NCBI GenBank assembly: GCA_965203525.1
Contig: OZ241898.1
Span: 640,176 to 704,175 of the forward strand
Source of the DNA: Vicinamibacterales bacterium
Lineage (GTDB): Bacteria > Acidobacteriota > Vicinamibacteria > Vicinamibacterales > UBA8438
Reading direction: 5' to 3'
Length of the DNA: 64,000 bases
Of this stretch, positions 7,958 through 16,758 are shown piece by piece; the stretch's first letter is position 1; each line of letters begins with the position of its first letter. The notes beneath the pieces were generated by a model. The model was not told the origin of the DNA. It ran no database searches and saw only the letters and a program-made list of their open reading frames with translations. The translations under genes and the position numbers were made by a program.

Positions 7958-9820
7958 ATGTCCATCCCGTCCAGTTCCGGCCCGCCCCGGCTGCCCCGCC
8001 CGGAGCGCGTCCGGATCGCGCAGGCGAGGGAAGAGGCAGGCGAGACCGCGGTCGCGCCGCCGGTGGCGCGCCTGCTCGTCGCGGTGTTCCTGCTGGTGAT
8101 ATCGGCGCCGCCGGTCGCCCAGTCGATCCTGAATCCGGGCTTCTTCCGCGACGTGGGTACGGGATCGGCCGCGGCGGGCACGGCGCCGGCGCCCGACTCC
8201 CTCGTCGCCCGGGTGCGGGCCGCCAACCGCGGCCTGGCGGCCCGCGCCCGCGGCATCGAGGATCGACTGGCCGACGACTCCGTGCTCGGCCGCCGGGTGC
8301 GCCCGGTCGTGCAGGGCGCGCTGACCGGCTGGCTCGGGGCCGGCACGGCGCAGGTCGAGGTGGGCGTCGACGGATGGTTGTTCTACCGTCCGGACATCGA
8401 TCACGTCACCGGACCGGGCTTCCTGTCCGCGGGTGCGCTTGCGCGCCGCGCGGCCGAGGGCGACACGCTCGCGGCGGCCCGGCAGCCGGATCCGCGGCCC
8501 GCCCTCGTGGAGCTGCACGAGCGACTCGAGCGGCGCGGCATCCGCCTGATCGTCGTGCCGACGCCGGTCAAGCCCTCCGCGGACCCGCGGCGGGTCGGCG
8601 CCGCCGGTTTCGAATCGGAGCCGGTCATGAACCGCTCCTACCGCCGGTACGTCCGGGAAATCGAGAGGGCCGGCGTCACGGTGTTCGACGTCAGCCGGAC
8701 GCTGTCGGCGCTGCGCCGCGAAGGAGCCGGGCCGCTCTACCTGGCGACGGACACGCACTGGCGTCCCGAGACCATGCGGCGGGTGGCGTCCGATCTGGCC
8801 GCCTTCATCGAGCGCGCGGCGGCGCTTTCCGCGCCCGCCGGCGGATACCGCGCGCGCCGCGTCGAGGTGACCGGCCGGGGCGATACGGCGCGGCTGCTGG
8901 GGCTGGACCCCCGGCGGTCCCGCTATCGTTCGGAGACCGTCAGCGTCACCCGCATCGAGACGCCGGAGGGGGAGGCATGGGCCCCGGAGCGCTCCGCGGA
9001 GGTCCTCCTTCTGGGCGACAGCTTCACCAACGTCTATTCCCTGGCGTCGCTCGGCTGGGGGGCGTCGGCGGGGTTCGCGGAACAGCTCGGCTTCGCGCTC
9101 GGCCGGCCGGTGGACCGCATCAGCCAGAACGACGGCGGCGCCTTCGTCCCTCGTCGTCTTCTGGCGCTGGAGGTTGCGCGCGACGCCCGGCGTCTGGCCG
9201 CCACGCGCGTGGTGGCGTACCAGTTCGCCGCGCGCGAGCTTTCCCAGGGCGACTGGCGGCCGATCGCGCCGGGGATGGAAGCCGAGGCGCGGGAGGGCAG
9301 CGCCGCGTTCCGGGCGCCCGGCATCGATGCGGCTGCCGGTCGGTCAGCCAGCCCCAGCGTTCGACCAGGCGGCGATGCGTTCCGGGCGCCCGGCGTCGAT
9401 GCGGCGGACGGTTCCGCGGATCGCGCGGCGCCGACGCCCGGCGGCGATGCGTTCTGGGCGCCCGGCATCGATTCGACCGCCGTCGTGGAAGCGACGGTGG
9501 CGGCGGCGGGCCCGATCCCCAGACCGGGATCGGTGCCCTATCGCGATCACGTCGTCGCGCTCCACCTCACGGAAATCGACGTGCTGGCCGGACCGGCCGC
9601 CGGCGCGGTTCCGGGAGCGGTCGTCTACGTGCGCAGCATGATCGACAACGAGCTGACCGTGGCGGCCGGCTACCGGGCAGGCGACCGGGTGCGTCTCGCC
9701 CTGGAGTCGTGGGCCGGCGTGGCGCGGGAACTCGACGGCATCAGCCGCGGCGAGCTGGACGATCCGGGTCTGCTGCGGGCCGTGCCGTGGTGGGGGACTC
9801 CGGCCGGTTCGCAGCCGTAG
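7958..9820 (+). CDS. AlgJ/AlgX-like SGNH-type O-acetyltransferase accessory protein with a long repeat-bearing C-terminal extension
   Basis: N-terminal TM segment (LLVAVFLLVISAPPVA). The LATDTHWRPETM (DTHW) motif typical of AlgJ follows. The gene starts 10 nt after the MBOAT gene. Its C-terminal third contains three 24-aa repeats (GDAFRAPGIDAA...). Confidence 0.75.
   Translation: MSIPSSSGPPRLPRPERVRIAQAREEAGETAVAPPVARLLVAVFLLVISAPPVAQSILNPGFFRDVGTGSAAAGTAPAPDSLVARVRAANRGLAARARGIEDRLADDSVLGRRVRPVVQGALTGWLGAGTAQVEVGVDGWLFYRPDIDHVTGPGFLSAGALARRAAEGDTLAAARQPDPRPALVELHERLERRGIRLIVVPTPVKPSADPRRVGAAGFESEPVMNRSYRRYVREIERAGVTVFDVSRTLSALRREGAGPLYLATDTHWRPETMRRVASDLAAFIERAAALSAPAGGYRARRVEVTGRGDTARLLGLDPRRSRYRSETVSVTRIETPEGEAWAPERSAEVLLLGDSFTNVYSLASLGWGASAGFAEQLGFALGRPVDRISQNDGGAFVPRRLLALEVARDARRLAATRVVAYQFAARELSQGDWRPIAPGMEAEAREGSAAFRAPGIDAAAGRSASPSVRPGGDAFRAPGVDAADGSADRAAPTPGGDAFWAPGIDSTAVVEATVAAAGPIPRPGSVPYRDHVVALHLTEIDVLAGPAAGAVPGAVVYVRSMIDNELTVAAGYRAGDRVRLALESWAGVARELDGISRGELDDPGLLRAVPWWGTPAGSQP
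9305..9520 (+). repeat. In-frame tandem repeat, 3 x 72 bp (24 aa), inside the AlgJ-like gene
   Basis: gcgttc[cy]gggcgcccggc[ag]tcgat starts at 9305, 9377 and 9449, so the period is exactly 72. The protein reads (G)DAF[RW]APG[IV]D three times. Confidence 0.85.
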
Positions 9821-9907
9821 CAGCCGGTCGCGCCCTCCATCGCCTCGACGGCCACGGCGGCACGTTGCCGACTCCGGCCGGTTCGCGGCCGTAGCAGCCG
9901 GTCGCGC
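9796..9907 (+). repeat. 38-bp direct repeat with period 74. Copy 1 contains the AlgJ-like stop codon.
   Basis: gactccggccggttcgc[ag]gccgtagcagccggtcgcgc occurs at 9796-9833 and 9870-9907, with 1 mismatch. The 36-bp spacers are unrelated. Confidence 0.9.
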
Positions 9908-10036
9908 GACCGGCCGGGGAATCGGGGCCGGGACGAGACCGTGGCGGGGGGCGTCGGCGGCTTGCAGCCGGGGCCGTCCGCGCAGTCGGCCGGGGAACCG
10001 GGCGCAGGAGGCACCCGGCGGCGTCCCCCCCGGCGG

Positions 10037-10834
10037 TCATTCGGGGCGCTCGCCCCGTCTGTCGCGGAGGACCCGCGCGGGAACCCCGGCCGCGACGGCG
10101 AACGGCGGGATTTCGTCGCGCACGACGGCGCCGGCCCCGACGATCGCGTCCCGTCCGACGGTCACCCCGTCGGCGACGACCACGTGCGCGCCGAGCCAGA
10201 CGTTGTCGTCGACCTCGATCCCGCGGGCGATCCGCTCCTGGTAGAGCACCGGCGCGTCGGTCCGGTCGTACGCATGATCTCCGCCGACCAGATAGGTGTA
10301 CGCGGCCACCAGCGTGTGCTTTCCGAGCCGGACGCGGCTGCCGGAGAAGATCTCGCAGTGGAAGCCGATGTTGGCGTGGTCGTCGACCACGATGTCCCCG
10401 TTCTTGCAGCTCAGGATCGTACCGCGGCCGATGAAGACGCCGCTGCCGATGTCGATGCCCCGGTTCCCGTCGCCCTTGGCGTCGAGACAGCAGGCGTCGT
10501 CGATCACGACGTCGTCGCCGATACGGATCTTGTGGGGATGCCGGAGCACCACGTTGGCCCCGAACGTGACGTTGCGGCCGGTGCGGCCGAGCAGCCGCGG
10601 ATAGAGCTTCGACCGCAGCCAGAAACCGAGCGCGCCGGGCAGGGCGCTGCACAGGGTCACGACGAGCTCGTACCGGATCAGCGCCCGCAGCCCGGGCCGG
10701 CCGACCACGAGCTGCGCATAGCGCGCGGCCCTGGACCGGCCGGGGGCGAACAGCTCCTCCTGGATGACCGTGATCCTGCGTCGATCGTGCGAGGCGCCGC
10801 CGGGCGCGTCCGGCGGCGGCGTCGAAGCGGACAA
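10037..10834 (-). CDS. Hexapeptide-repeat (left-handed beta-helix) acyltransferase
   Basis: Repeated [LIV]G-x4 hexapeptides (IRIGDDVVIDDACCLD, IDIGSGVFIGRGTILS, VVDDHANIGFHCEIFS, VDDNVWLGAHVVVADGVTVGRDAIVGAGAVV). The TTG start at 10832-10834 follows AGGAGGAG. An alternative ATG at 10978 would add a low-complexity N-terminus. Confidence 0.8.
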   Translation of the reverse strand: MSASTPPPDAPGGASHDRRRITVIQEELFAPGRSRAARYAQLVVGRPGLRALIRYELVVTLCSALPGALGFWLRSKLYPRLLGRTGRNVTFGANVVLRHPHKIRIGDDVVIDDACCLDAKGDGNRGIDIGSGVFIGRGTILSCKNGDIVVDDHANIGFHCEIFSGSRVRLGKHTLVAAYTYLVGGDHAYDRTDAPVLYQERIARGIEVDDNVWLGAHVVVADGVTVGRDAIVGAGAVVRDEIPPFAVAAGVPARVLRDRRGERPE

Positions 10835-11141
10835 GGAGCTCCTCCTGCGTCCCGGCGGCGCGCCCGTACCGCCGCCCGGGTCGGTTCGTGCCCGGCGCCC
10901 CCTCCCGCCGCGAGTGCGGGACGATCCGGGCGCCGGGCGGGCGCGGAATCCGAACCTGACGGCTGAACCGTAGCACATGCGCCGGGCGCTCGTTCCGGCG
11001 TGGGGTATGATTCGGCGGCAAAACGTAGCCGCTTCCGTGCGGCGTCGGGACGCTCCGTCCGAGTCCCGGCCGCCGCGCGCACTTGCGGGTGAGTTCCCCG
11101 CGGCGTTCCACGCCGCCGCCGTGTCGGATACTGGAGGCTCC

Positions 11142-11981
11142 TTGCGAACGAAGTCCGGATTCGGGTTCCCGCCGGTGGCGGGATCATCGTCGATTCTCGT
11201 CGCGCTGATGCTCCTCGGCGGTCCCGCGGAAGCGCAGACCGCCGGGGAGAGGCAGGCGTCGGCGCGTTCCGGATCGAGGCTGATGCGGATCGGGTACCTC
11301 AACCTCAACGCGATGTATCCGAGCCGGGAGCATGCGGTGAGCCAGAGCCGGTCGATGGCGCTGTACGACGAAACGGCCGACTTCGACGTCCGCCACGCCG
11401 TATCGCGCCGCGTGCCGCTGGATGCCTCCGTGGGGTTCCGCGTGTGGAGCAACCTGTCCGTCGGCGTCGGCGCCACGTACCTCCGCACCAGGCACGGCGT
11501 CGACGTGACGGGGACCGTTCCGCATCCGCTCTTCTACGATCGCCCGCGGGACGTGCGGCAGCAACCGAGCGGATTCCGGCGCACCGAGATCGCCGCCCAT
11601 CTGCAGGCCGGCTGGACGATCCCCCTGGCCGGTCGTCTCGACCTCGCGTTGTCGGCCGGGCCGTCGCTCCTGCTCGTGAAGCACGACAGCGTGTCCGCGA
11701 TCGCCGTACGGGAAGTCGGAGCCCCCTACGACCAGGCGCGGACCGAGGTCACGCGCGCCGCCGTGCGGGAGCGCGTGCCCGGCGCCAACGTCGGAGTCGA
11801 TCTGACGTATCACTTCATCGCCCGCCGGAATCCCGGAACGGTGTTCTGGACCGCCGGCATCGGGATCTTCGCGCGGTGGACCACGGGAACGGCGACGCTG
11901 CCCGAACCGGCGTTCGACCCCGATCAGACCATCGAGGCCGGCGGCCTGCAAGCCGGCGCCGGGTTGCGCTTCCGGTTCTGA
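11142..11981 (+). CDS. Putative outer-membrane beta-barrel protein
   Basis: TTG at 11142 follows GGAGG. Signal peptide SSSILVALMLLGGPAEAQ, alternating beta-strand pattern, and a C-terminal GLRFRF (aromatic terminal residue typical of OMPs). No family recognised. Confidence 0.6.
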   Translation: MRTKSGFGFPPVAGSSSILVALMLLGGPAEAQTAGERQASARSGSRLMRIGYLNLNAMYPSREHAVSQSRSMALYDETADFDVRHAVSRRVPLDASVGFRVWSNLSVGVGATYLRTRHGVDVTGTVPHPLFYDRPRDVRQQPSGFRRTEIAAHLQAGWTIPLAGRLDLALSAGPSLLLVKHDSVSAIAVREVGAPYDQARTEVTRAAVRERVPGANVGVDLTYHFIARRNPGTVFWTAGIGIFARWTTGTATLPEPAFDPDQTIEAGGLQAGAGLRFRF

Positions 11982-12100
11982 GCACGGCAGGGAGGGCCGA
12001 GCGAAGAGACGTGCGCTGACCCCGGTCGCCCCATGGTCTGCCAGAGCACGCTCGGACCCCGGCTCGCCCGCAATCGCCGTCCGTCCGGCGCCGGACCGGG

Positions 12101-12553
12101 ATGATGCGGGCGGTCGTGCAGCGGGTCCGGCGCGCCTCGGTGACCGTCGACGACCAGGTCGTCGGCGCCATCGGTTCCGGTCTGCTGGTGCTGCTCGGCG
12201 TCGGCCGCGACGACGCGGAGGGCGACGCCGCGTACGTCGCCGGCAAGATCCACGGTCTCCGCCTGTTCGCGGACGCGGAAGGCAGGATGAACCGCTCGGT
12301 GGCCGAGGTGGGCGGCGCGGTGCTCGTGGTCTCGCAGTTCACCCTGTTCGGCGACTGCCGGCGCGGCCGGCGGCCGTCCTACGGCGCGGCGGCGCCCCCC
12401 GACCGCGCCCGGGCGCTGTACGAAGCGCTGGTGGCGAGGCTGCGGTCGGCCGGCCTGCCGGTGCGGACCGGCGAGTTCCAGGCCATGATGGACGTCGAGC
12501 TGGTCAACGACGGTCCGGTCACCGTGCTCCTCGACAGCGGACGCGCCTTCTGA
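12101..12553 (+). CDS. dtd: D-aminoacyl-tRNA deacylase
   Basis: 150 aa: MRAVVQRV...[11 protein letters not shown]...GRRPSY...[10 protein letters not shown]. This is the canonical Dtd sequence. Confidence 0.95.
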   Translation: MMRAVVQRVRRASVTVDDQVVGAIGSGLLVLLGVGRDDAEGDAAYVAGKIHGLRLFADAEGRMNRSVAEVGGAVLVVSQFTLFGDCRRGRRPSYGAAAPPDRARALYEALVARLRSAGLPVRTGEFQAMMDVELVNDGPVTVLLDSGRAF

Positions 12554-12614
12554 GCGAACGTGTTCGCCGCCGGGTTCCCCCGGGGGCGGCGGGCCGGGAG
12601 GCTAGAATCACCGG

Positions 12615-13469
12615 ATGCGTCTCACACCGACGACCCGGGCGGGCGTGGTGCTCGCCCTTCTCATCTGGCCGGCCTCCCTCGCCGCCCAGCAACGTCCGCT
12701 GGTGACCGAAGATCCGGAGTCCGTCGGCAGCGGCCTCGTGCTGCTGGAAGCGGGGTTCGACTACCAGCGCGATCAGCATTTTCCGGTGTCGGGCCTGACC
12801 GGCCACCTCCGCAGCCTGCCTCGGTTCGGCGTCAGCATCGGCGTGAGCTCGATCGCCGAGGTGCAGATCGACAACGTGTCCTACGACACCCTGCGCATCA
12901 CGGGCAGAAGGACCGCGCCGCTGTCCGGGCTTCTGCGCGTCAGCGGCGACGACACGTCGAGCTGGTCCGACACGGTGATCGGCGCCAAGACGCGCCTGGT
13001 GTCCGAAGGCGGAGTCCGTCCCGGCGTCGCGCTCCGGTTCGCCACCAAGCTGCCCAACGCGGGCAACGAGGAGGGCATCGGGCTCGACACGATGGACTTC
13101 TACAACTCGCTGCTGATCGGCAAGACGGTCCGGTCGCTGCGCGTGGTGGGGAACGTCGGATTCGGGATTCTGAGCGATCCCACCCGCGGGGACCGCCAGA
13201 ACGACGTGCTGACCTACGGGCTCTCGTTCGCCCGTGCGTTCGCGGAAGGCGCGGAGATCGTCGGCGAGGTGAACGGCCGCACCAACACGCGGCGCGGGAC
13301 GGCTCCCCCGGGGACCGACGATTCCTCCTACGCCCGTTTCGGCGCCCGCTTCACGCGGGGGCTGGTCAGACTGGACGCCGCCCTCGTGGCCGGCTTCGGC
13401 CCCCACGACGCCGGGTTCGGCGTGACGACCGGGCTGACCTGGGTCTTCCGCGCACTGGATCTGCCGTGA
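12615..13469 (+). CDS. Putative outer-membrane beta-barrel transporter (MetA-pathway/phenol-degradation-like family, tentative)
   Basis: Signal peptide VVLALLIWPASLAAQQ followed by amphipathic strands. The family assignment is from memory only. Confidence 0.55.
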   Translation: MRLTPTTRAGVVLALLIWPASLAAQQRPLVTEDPESVGSGLVLLEAGFDYQRDQHFPVSGLTGHLRSLPRFGVSIGVSSIAEVQIDNVSYDTLRITGRRTAPLSGLLRVSGDDTSSWSDTVIGAKTRLVSEGGVRPGVALRFATKLPNAGNEEGIGLDTMDFYNSLLIGKTVRSLRVVGNVGFGILSDPTRGDRQNDVLTYGLSFARAFAEGAEIVGEVNGRTNTRRGTAPPGTDDSSYARFGARFTRGLVRLDAALVAGFGPHDAGFGVTTGLTWVFRALDLP

Positions 13470-14305
13470 ACGGGCGGCCGCGCGGCGCGCCGGTCGAATT
13501 CGTCAAGGCGCACGCCTACGGCAACGACTTCCTGTTCGCCGGGCAGGAAGAGGTGGGCGGAGCGCCGCCCGCCGACCTGGCGCGGGCCATCTGCCGGCGC
13601 CGGCACGGGGTCGGGGCGGACGGCCTGATCGTCTACCGGCGCACCCCGGCCGGCGCGGCGATGCGGCTCTTCAACGCCGACGGCAGCGCCGCCGAGGTGT
13701 CCGGCAACGGAGTGCGCTGTCTGGGGGCGCTGCTGGTCGAGACCGCTTCCGGGCAAACTCCGCGCGCCGCCGTCCGCCCCCTCGAGATCGAGACGGCGGG
13801 CGGCCTGAAGACCCTGACGCTGCGGGACGCCGAGCCCCCGCGCTACACCTTCCGGGCCGGCATGGGGCGGCCACTGGGGTTGCGCGAGGAAGAGCTGGAC
13901 GCCGGCGGAGAGCGGCTGCGGATCGTCGTGCTGTCCGTCGGCAACCCGCAGTGCGTCGTCCTGTCGCCGTCCGTGGACGAAGCGGAGCGGCGGTTCCGGC
14001 GTTTCGGACGGCTTCTGGCGACGCACCGGCGGTTTCCGGAGGGGACCAACGTGGAGTTCGCGGCCGTCGAGCGCCCGGACCGGATTCGGATCCTGATCTG
14101 GGAGCGGGGCGTCGGGCCGACCCCCGCCTCGGGCACGGGGGCGTGCGCAGCCGCGGTCGCGGCCGCCCGCTACGGCGGGGCGGCGCGCAGCGCGGAGGTG
14201 GTGTCGCCGGGCGGCGCGCAGCACGTCGACTGGACGGACGATCAGATCCAGCTCACCGGCTGGGCCGAGATCGTCGCGCGGGGACGCTGGGTCCCGCCGC
14301 CGTAG
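13466..14305 (+). CDS. dapF: Diaminopimelate epimerase
   Basis: The GTG at 13466 overlaps the upstream stop (GTGA). FVKAHAYGNDFLF, both catalytic Cys motifs (SGNGVRC and SGTGACA), and VEFAAV. Confidence 0.92.
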   Translation: MNGRPRGAPVEFVKAHAYGNDFLFAGQEEVGGAPPADLARAICRRRHGVGADGLIVYRRTPAGAAMRLFNADGSAAEVSGNGVRCLGALLVETASGQTPRAAVRPLEIETAGGLKTLTLRDAEPPRYTFRAGMGRPLGLREEELDAGGERLRIVVLSVGNPQCVVLSPSVDEAERRFRRFGRLLATHRRFPEGTNVEFAAVERPDRIRILIWERGVGPTPASGTGACAAAVAAARYGGAARSAEVVSPGGAQHVDWTDDQIQLTGWAEIVARGRWVPPP

Positions 14306-14340
14306 TCCCGGCCGGGGAGGTCTCAAGCGGGGCGGGGAGG

Positions 14341-14455
14341 CGCTCCGGGCGGCGGGCGCGCCGGGGCGGCGGCGGCCTGGCGCTGCAACGCCATGCCCGT
14401 TTCGTGCAGGTCGGGGCGCTCCGGGCGGCGGACGGGCCGGGGCGGCGGCGGCCTG
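14341..14455 (+). repeat. 39-bp direct repeat with period 76, in the dapF-radC intergenic region
   Basis: cgctccgggcggcgg[ga]cg[cg]gccggggcggcggcggcctg occurs at 14341-14379 and 14417-14455. Confidence 0.85.
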
Positions 14456-14502
14456 TAGTACGATGAAGCGAATGCGGCACGCGGATTGTATGTGCTTGCC
14501 GC

Positions 14503-15174
14503 GTGAGCGTAAGACACTTGGCCTTGCACGATCGGCCGCGCGAGAAGCTGCGGCGTCTGGGCCCCGCGGGGCTCGGTGACAACGAGTTGCTCGCGGCGGT
14601 GCTCGGTCACGGGTCGCAGAACGAGAGCGCGCTCGACATCGCGAACCGGGTGCTGTTTCACGCGGGGGGAGTACACGGGTTGACGCGCGCCCTCGAAGGG
14701 CAGTTGCAGGGGGTCGCCGGCGTCGGACCCGCGATGTCCGCGCGGATCATGGCGGCCATCGAGCTGGGGCGCCGCACCCTCGCGTTGCCCGACGAGCGGA
14801 CCCGGCTGGGCGGGCCGCGCGACATGGCGCGCTACCTGCTGCCGCGGTACGGCGCGCGGTCGGTAGAGCAGTTCGGGGTGGTGCAGCTCGACGCGCGGCA
14901 CCGCGTGCTGCTCACGGCGCTGCTGTCGGTCGGCACGCTGGACGAGACGCTGGCGCATCCGCGGGAGGTCTTCCGGATGGCGCCGGCGGGCGGCGCGGCG
15001 GCGATCGTCGTGTTCCACAACCATCCGTCGGGAGATCCGACGCCGAGCGAGGACGACGTGGCCCTGACGGCGCGCCTGGTGGAGGCCGGGGCCATCATGG
15101 GCATCGACGTGCTGGACCACATGGTGCTGGCGGATGCCTGCTACTACAGTTTCAAGGAGCACGGCCGCCTGTAG
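14503..15174 (+). CDS. radC: RadC-family JAMM/MPN protein
   Basis: RPREKL...LGDNELLAVLLG-like N-terminus and the FHNHPSGDPTPSEDD JAMM motif. Confidence 0.9.
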   Translation: MSVRHLALHDRPREKLRRLGPAGLGDNELLAAVLGHGSQNESALDIANRVLFHAGGVHGLTRALEGQLQGVAGVGPAMSARIMAAIELGRRTLALPDERTRLGGPRDMARYLLPRYGARSVEQFGVVQLDARHRVLLTALLSVGTLDETLAHPREVFRMAPAGGAAAIVVFHNHPSGDPTPSEDDVALTARLVEAGAIMGIDVLDHMVLADACYYSFKEHGRL

Positions 15175-15239
15175 CCGGCCGGCGGCGGCGGCCGGCGCCG
15201 GCCGGTGATCGCGGAGAGAAACCGGCGGCGCGTGGCGCG

Positions 15240-16754
15240 ATGTCCCGAATCCTGTACTTCGACTGCTTCTCGGGGGCGTCCGGCGACATGATCGCCGGCG
15301 CGCTGCTCGACGCCGGCGTGCCGTTCGACGTGCTGGCGCGGGCCGTGGACTCGCTCGGTCTCGACGGCGTCGCCGTCGGCAGCGAACGCGTCGACCGGAG
15401 CGGTCTCGGGGCGGTCAAGTTCCGCGTGACGGTCGACGGGGAAGCGGCCGACGCCCCGGCGGCGTCCGGCCGCCATGCGCAGGAGCACGGCCACCCGCAC
15501 GGCGGCGGCGCCAACCACGCGCACGGCGCCGACGGCCACCACCACGCGCACGGCGACGACCACTCGCACGGTGACGGCCCCGGCCCCGACCACTCGCACG
15601 GCCCCGACCACTCGCACGGCCCCGGCCCCGACCACTCGCACGGCGACGGCCCCCCCGGCCACCCGCACGGCGACGGCGCCGACCACGCCCACGGTGACGG
15701 CCACGACCACGCGCACGGCCCCGGCCATTCACACGGCCACGACGACGGCCACTCGCACCGCCACGGCGGGAGCCGCCACCATCACCGCGGCCTGACCGAG
15801 ATCAACGAGATCGTCGGCCGGTCGTCGCTGTCGCCGGCCGGCAGGGCGCGCGCGGCGCGGCTGTTCCGCCGTCTCGCCGAGGTGGAGGCGGGCATCCACC
15901 AGGTGCCGGTCGAGACGGTGCGCCTGCACGAGGTGGGCGCGGTCGACTCCATCGTGGACGTGGTGGCGGCGGTCTGCGCCCTGGAATGGCTGGCGCCCGA
16001 CCGGGTGGTCGCCTCGCCCCTCAACGTCGGTTCGGGAACCGTCCGGTGCGAGCACGGCGAGCTGCCGGTGCCGGCGCCGGCGACCGCCGAACTGCTGCTG
16101 GGAGTTCCGGTGTACGCCGCGGGACCGCCGGCGGAACTGGTCACGCCCACCGGCGCGCTCCTCGTGACGGAGTACGCCGGCGCCTACGGTCCGGCGCCGC
16201 CGATGCGGGTCGAACGCATCGGCTACGGCGCCGGCGGTCGGAATCCGGCGGGGCGTCCCAACGTGTTGCGCGCGCTGCTGGGAGAAAGCCTCGAGACCGG
16301 CGCGTTCGAGCGCGTCGTCGTCCTCGAATGCCAGATCGACGACATGAACCCGCAGCTCTACGGAGCGCTGATGGAGCGGCTGGCCGCCGCCGGGGCGCTC
16401 GACGTCTTCTACGCGCCGATCCAGATGAAGAAGAACCGGCCCGGCACGCTGGTGACGGTGGTTGCGCCGCCCGGACGCCGCGAGGCGCTGTCCGACGTCC
16501 TGTTCCGCGAGTCGACCACCATCGGCCTGCGGGTCACCGAGACCGAGCGCGAGCGGCTCGACCGGGAGGAGATCGCCGTCGAGACCCCGCTCGGCGCCGT
16601 CCGCTTCAAGGTGGCGCGCCGCGGCGGCGCGCTGCGCAACGCGGCCCCCGAGTTCGAGGACTGCGCGCGGCTGGCGGCGGAACGAAGGCTGTCGATAAAG
16701 GACGTGCAGGCCATCGCCGTCAAGGCGTGGCTCGACCGGAACGCGGCCCCCTGA
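15240..16754 (+). CDS. larC: Nickel-pincer cofactor biosynthesis protein LarC (DUF111) with a long His-rich insert
   Basis: MSRILYFDCFSGASGDM N-terminus and a roughly 110-aa HGHxHG/DHSHG region. The conserved C-terminal half reads VLECQIDDMNPQ...KKNRPG. Confidence 0.88.
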   Translation: MSRILYFDCFSGASGDMIAGALLDAGVPFDVLARAVDSLGLDGVAVGSERVDRSGLGAVKFRVTVDGEAADAPAASGRHAQEHGHPHGGGANHAHGADGHHHAHGDDHSHGDGPGPDHSHGPDHSHGPGPDHSHGDGPPGHPHGDGADHAHGDGHDHAHGPGHSHGHDDGHSHRHGGSRHHHRGLTEINEIVGRSSLSPAGRARAARLFRRLAEVEAGIHQVPVETVRLHEVGAVDSIVDVVAAVCALEWLAPDRVVASPLNVGSGTVRCEHGELPVPAPATAELLLGVPVYAAGPPAELVTPTGALLVTEYAGAYGPAPPMRVERIGYGAGGRNPAGRPNVLRALLGESLETGAFERVVVLECQIDDMNPQLYGALMERLAAAGALDVFYAPIQMKKNRPGTLVTVVAPPGRREALSDVLFRESTTIGLRVTETERERLDREEIAVETPLGAVRFKVARRGGALRNAAPEFEDCARLAAERRLSIKDVQAIAVKAWLDRNAAP

Positions 16755-16758
16755 CCCG

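Noticed and set aside
5123-8758. Very long overlapping or antisense ORFs in the track. Examples are 5123-8758 minus (1211 aa), 6874-9894 plus (1006 aa), 20914-23964 plus (1016 aa), 38932-41922 minus (996 aa), 53504-56266 minus (920 aa) and 27375-31316 plus upstream of 28923.
   Set aside because: Their translations are dominated by Arg, Pro, Gly and Ala with no motifs. They overlap genes that have unambiguous family signatures on the other strand or frame. Stop-codon scarcity at about 70% GC explains their length.
10835-10978. A longer form of the hexapeptide acyltransferase starting at ATG 10978
   Set aside because: The extra 48 aa are low-complexity (RARPAPGSSRTRGGRGRRARTDPGGG). The TTG at 10834 has a strong AGGAGGAG upstream. 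The longer form is kept as an alternative in the feature note.
15470-15790. Short-period DNA repeats in larC considered as a repeat element
   Set aside because: They encode the His-rich (HGHxHG/DHSHG) metal-binding region that is a normal feature of LarC proteins. This is not an independent element.
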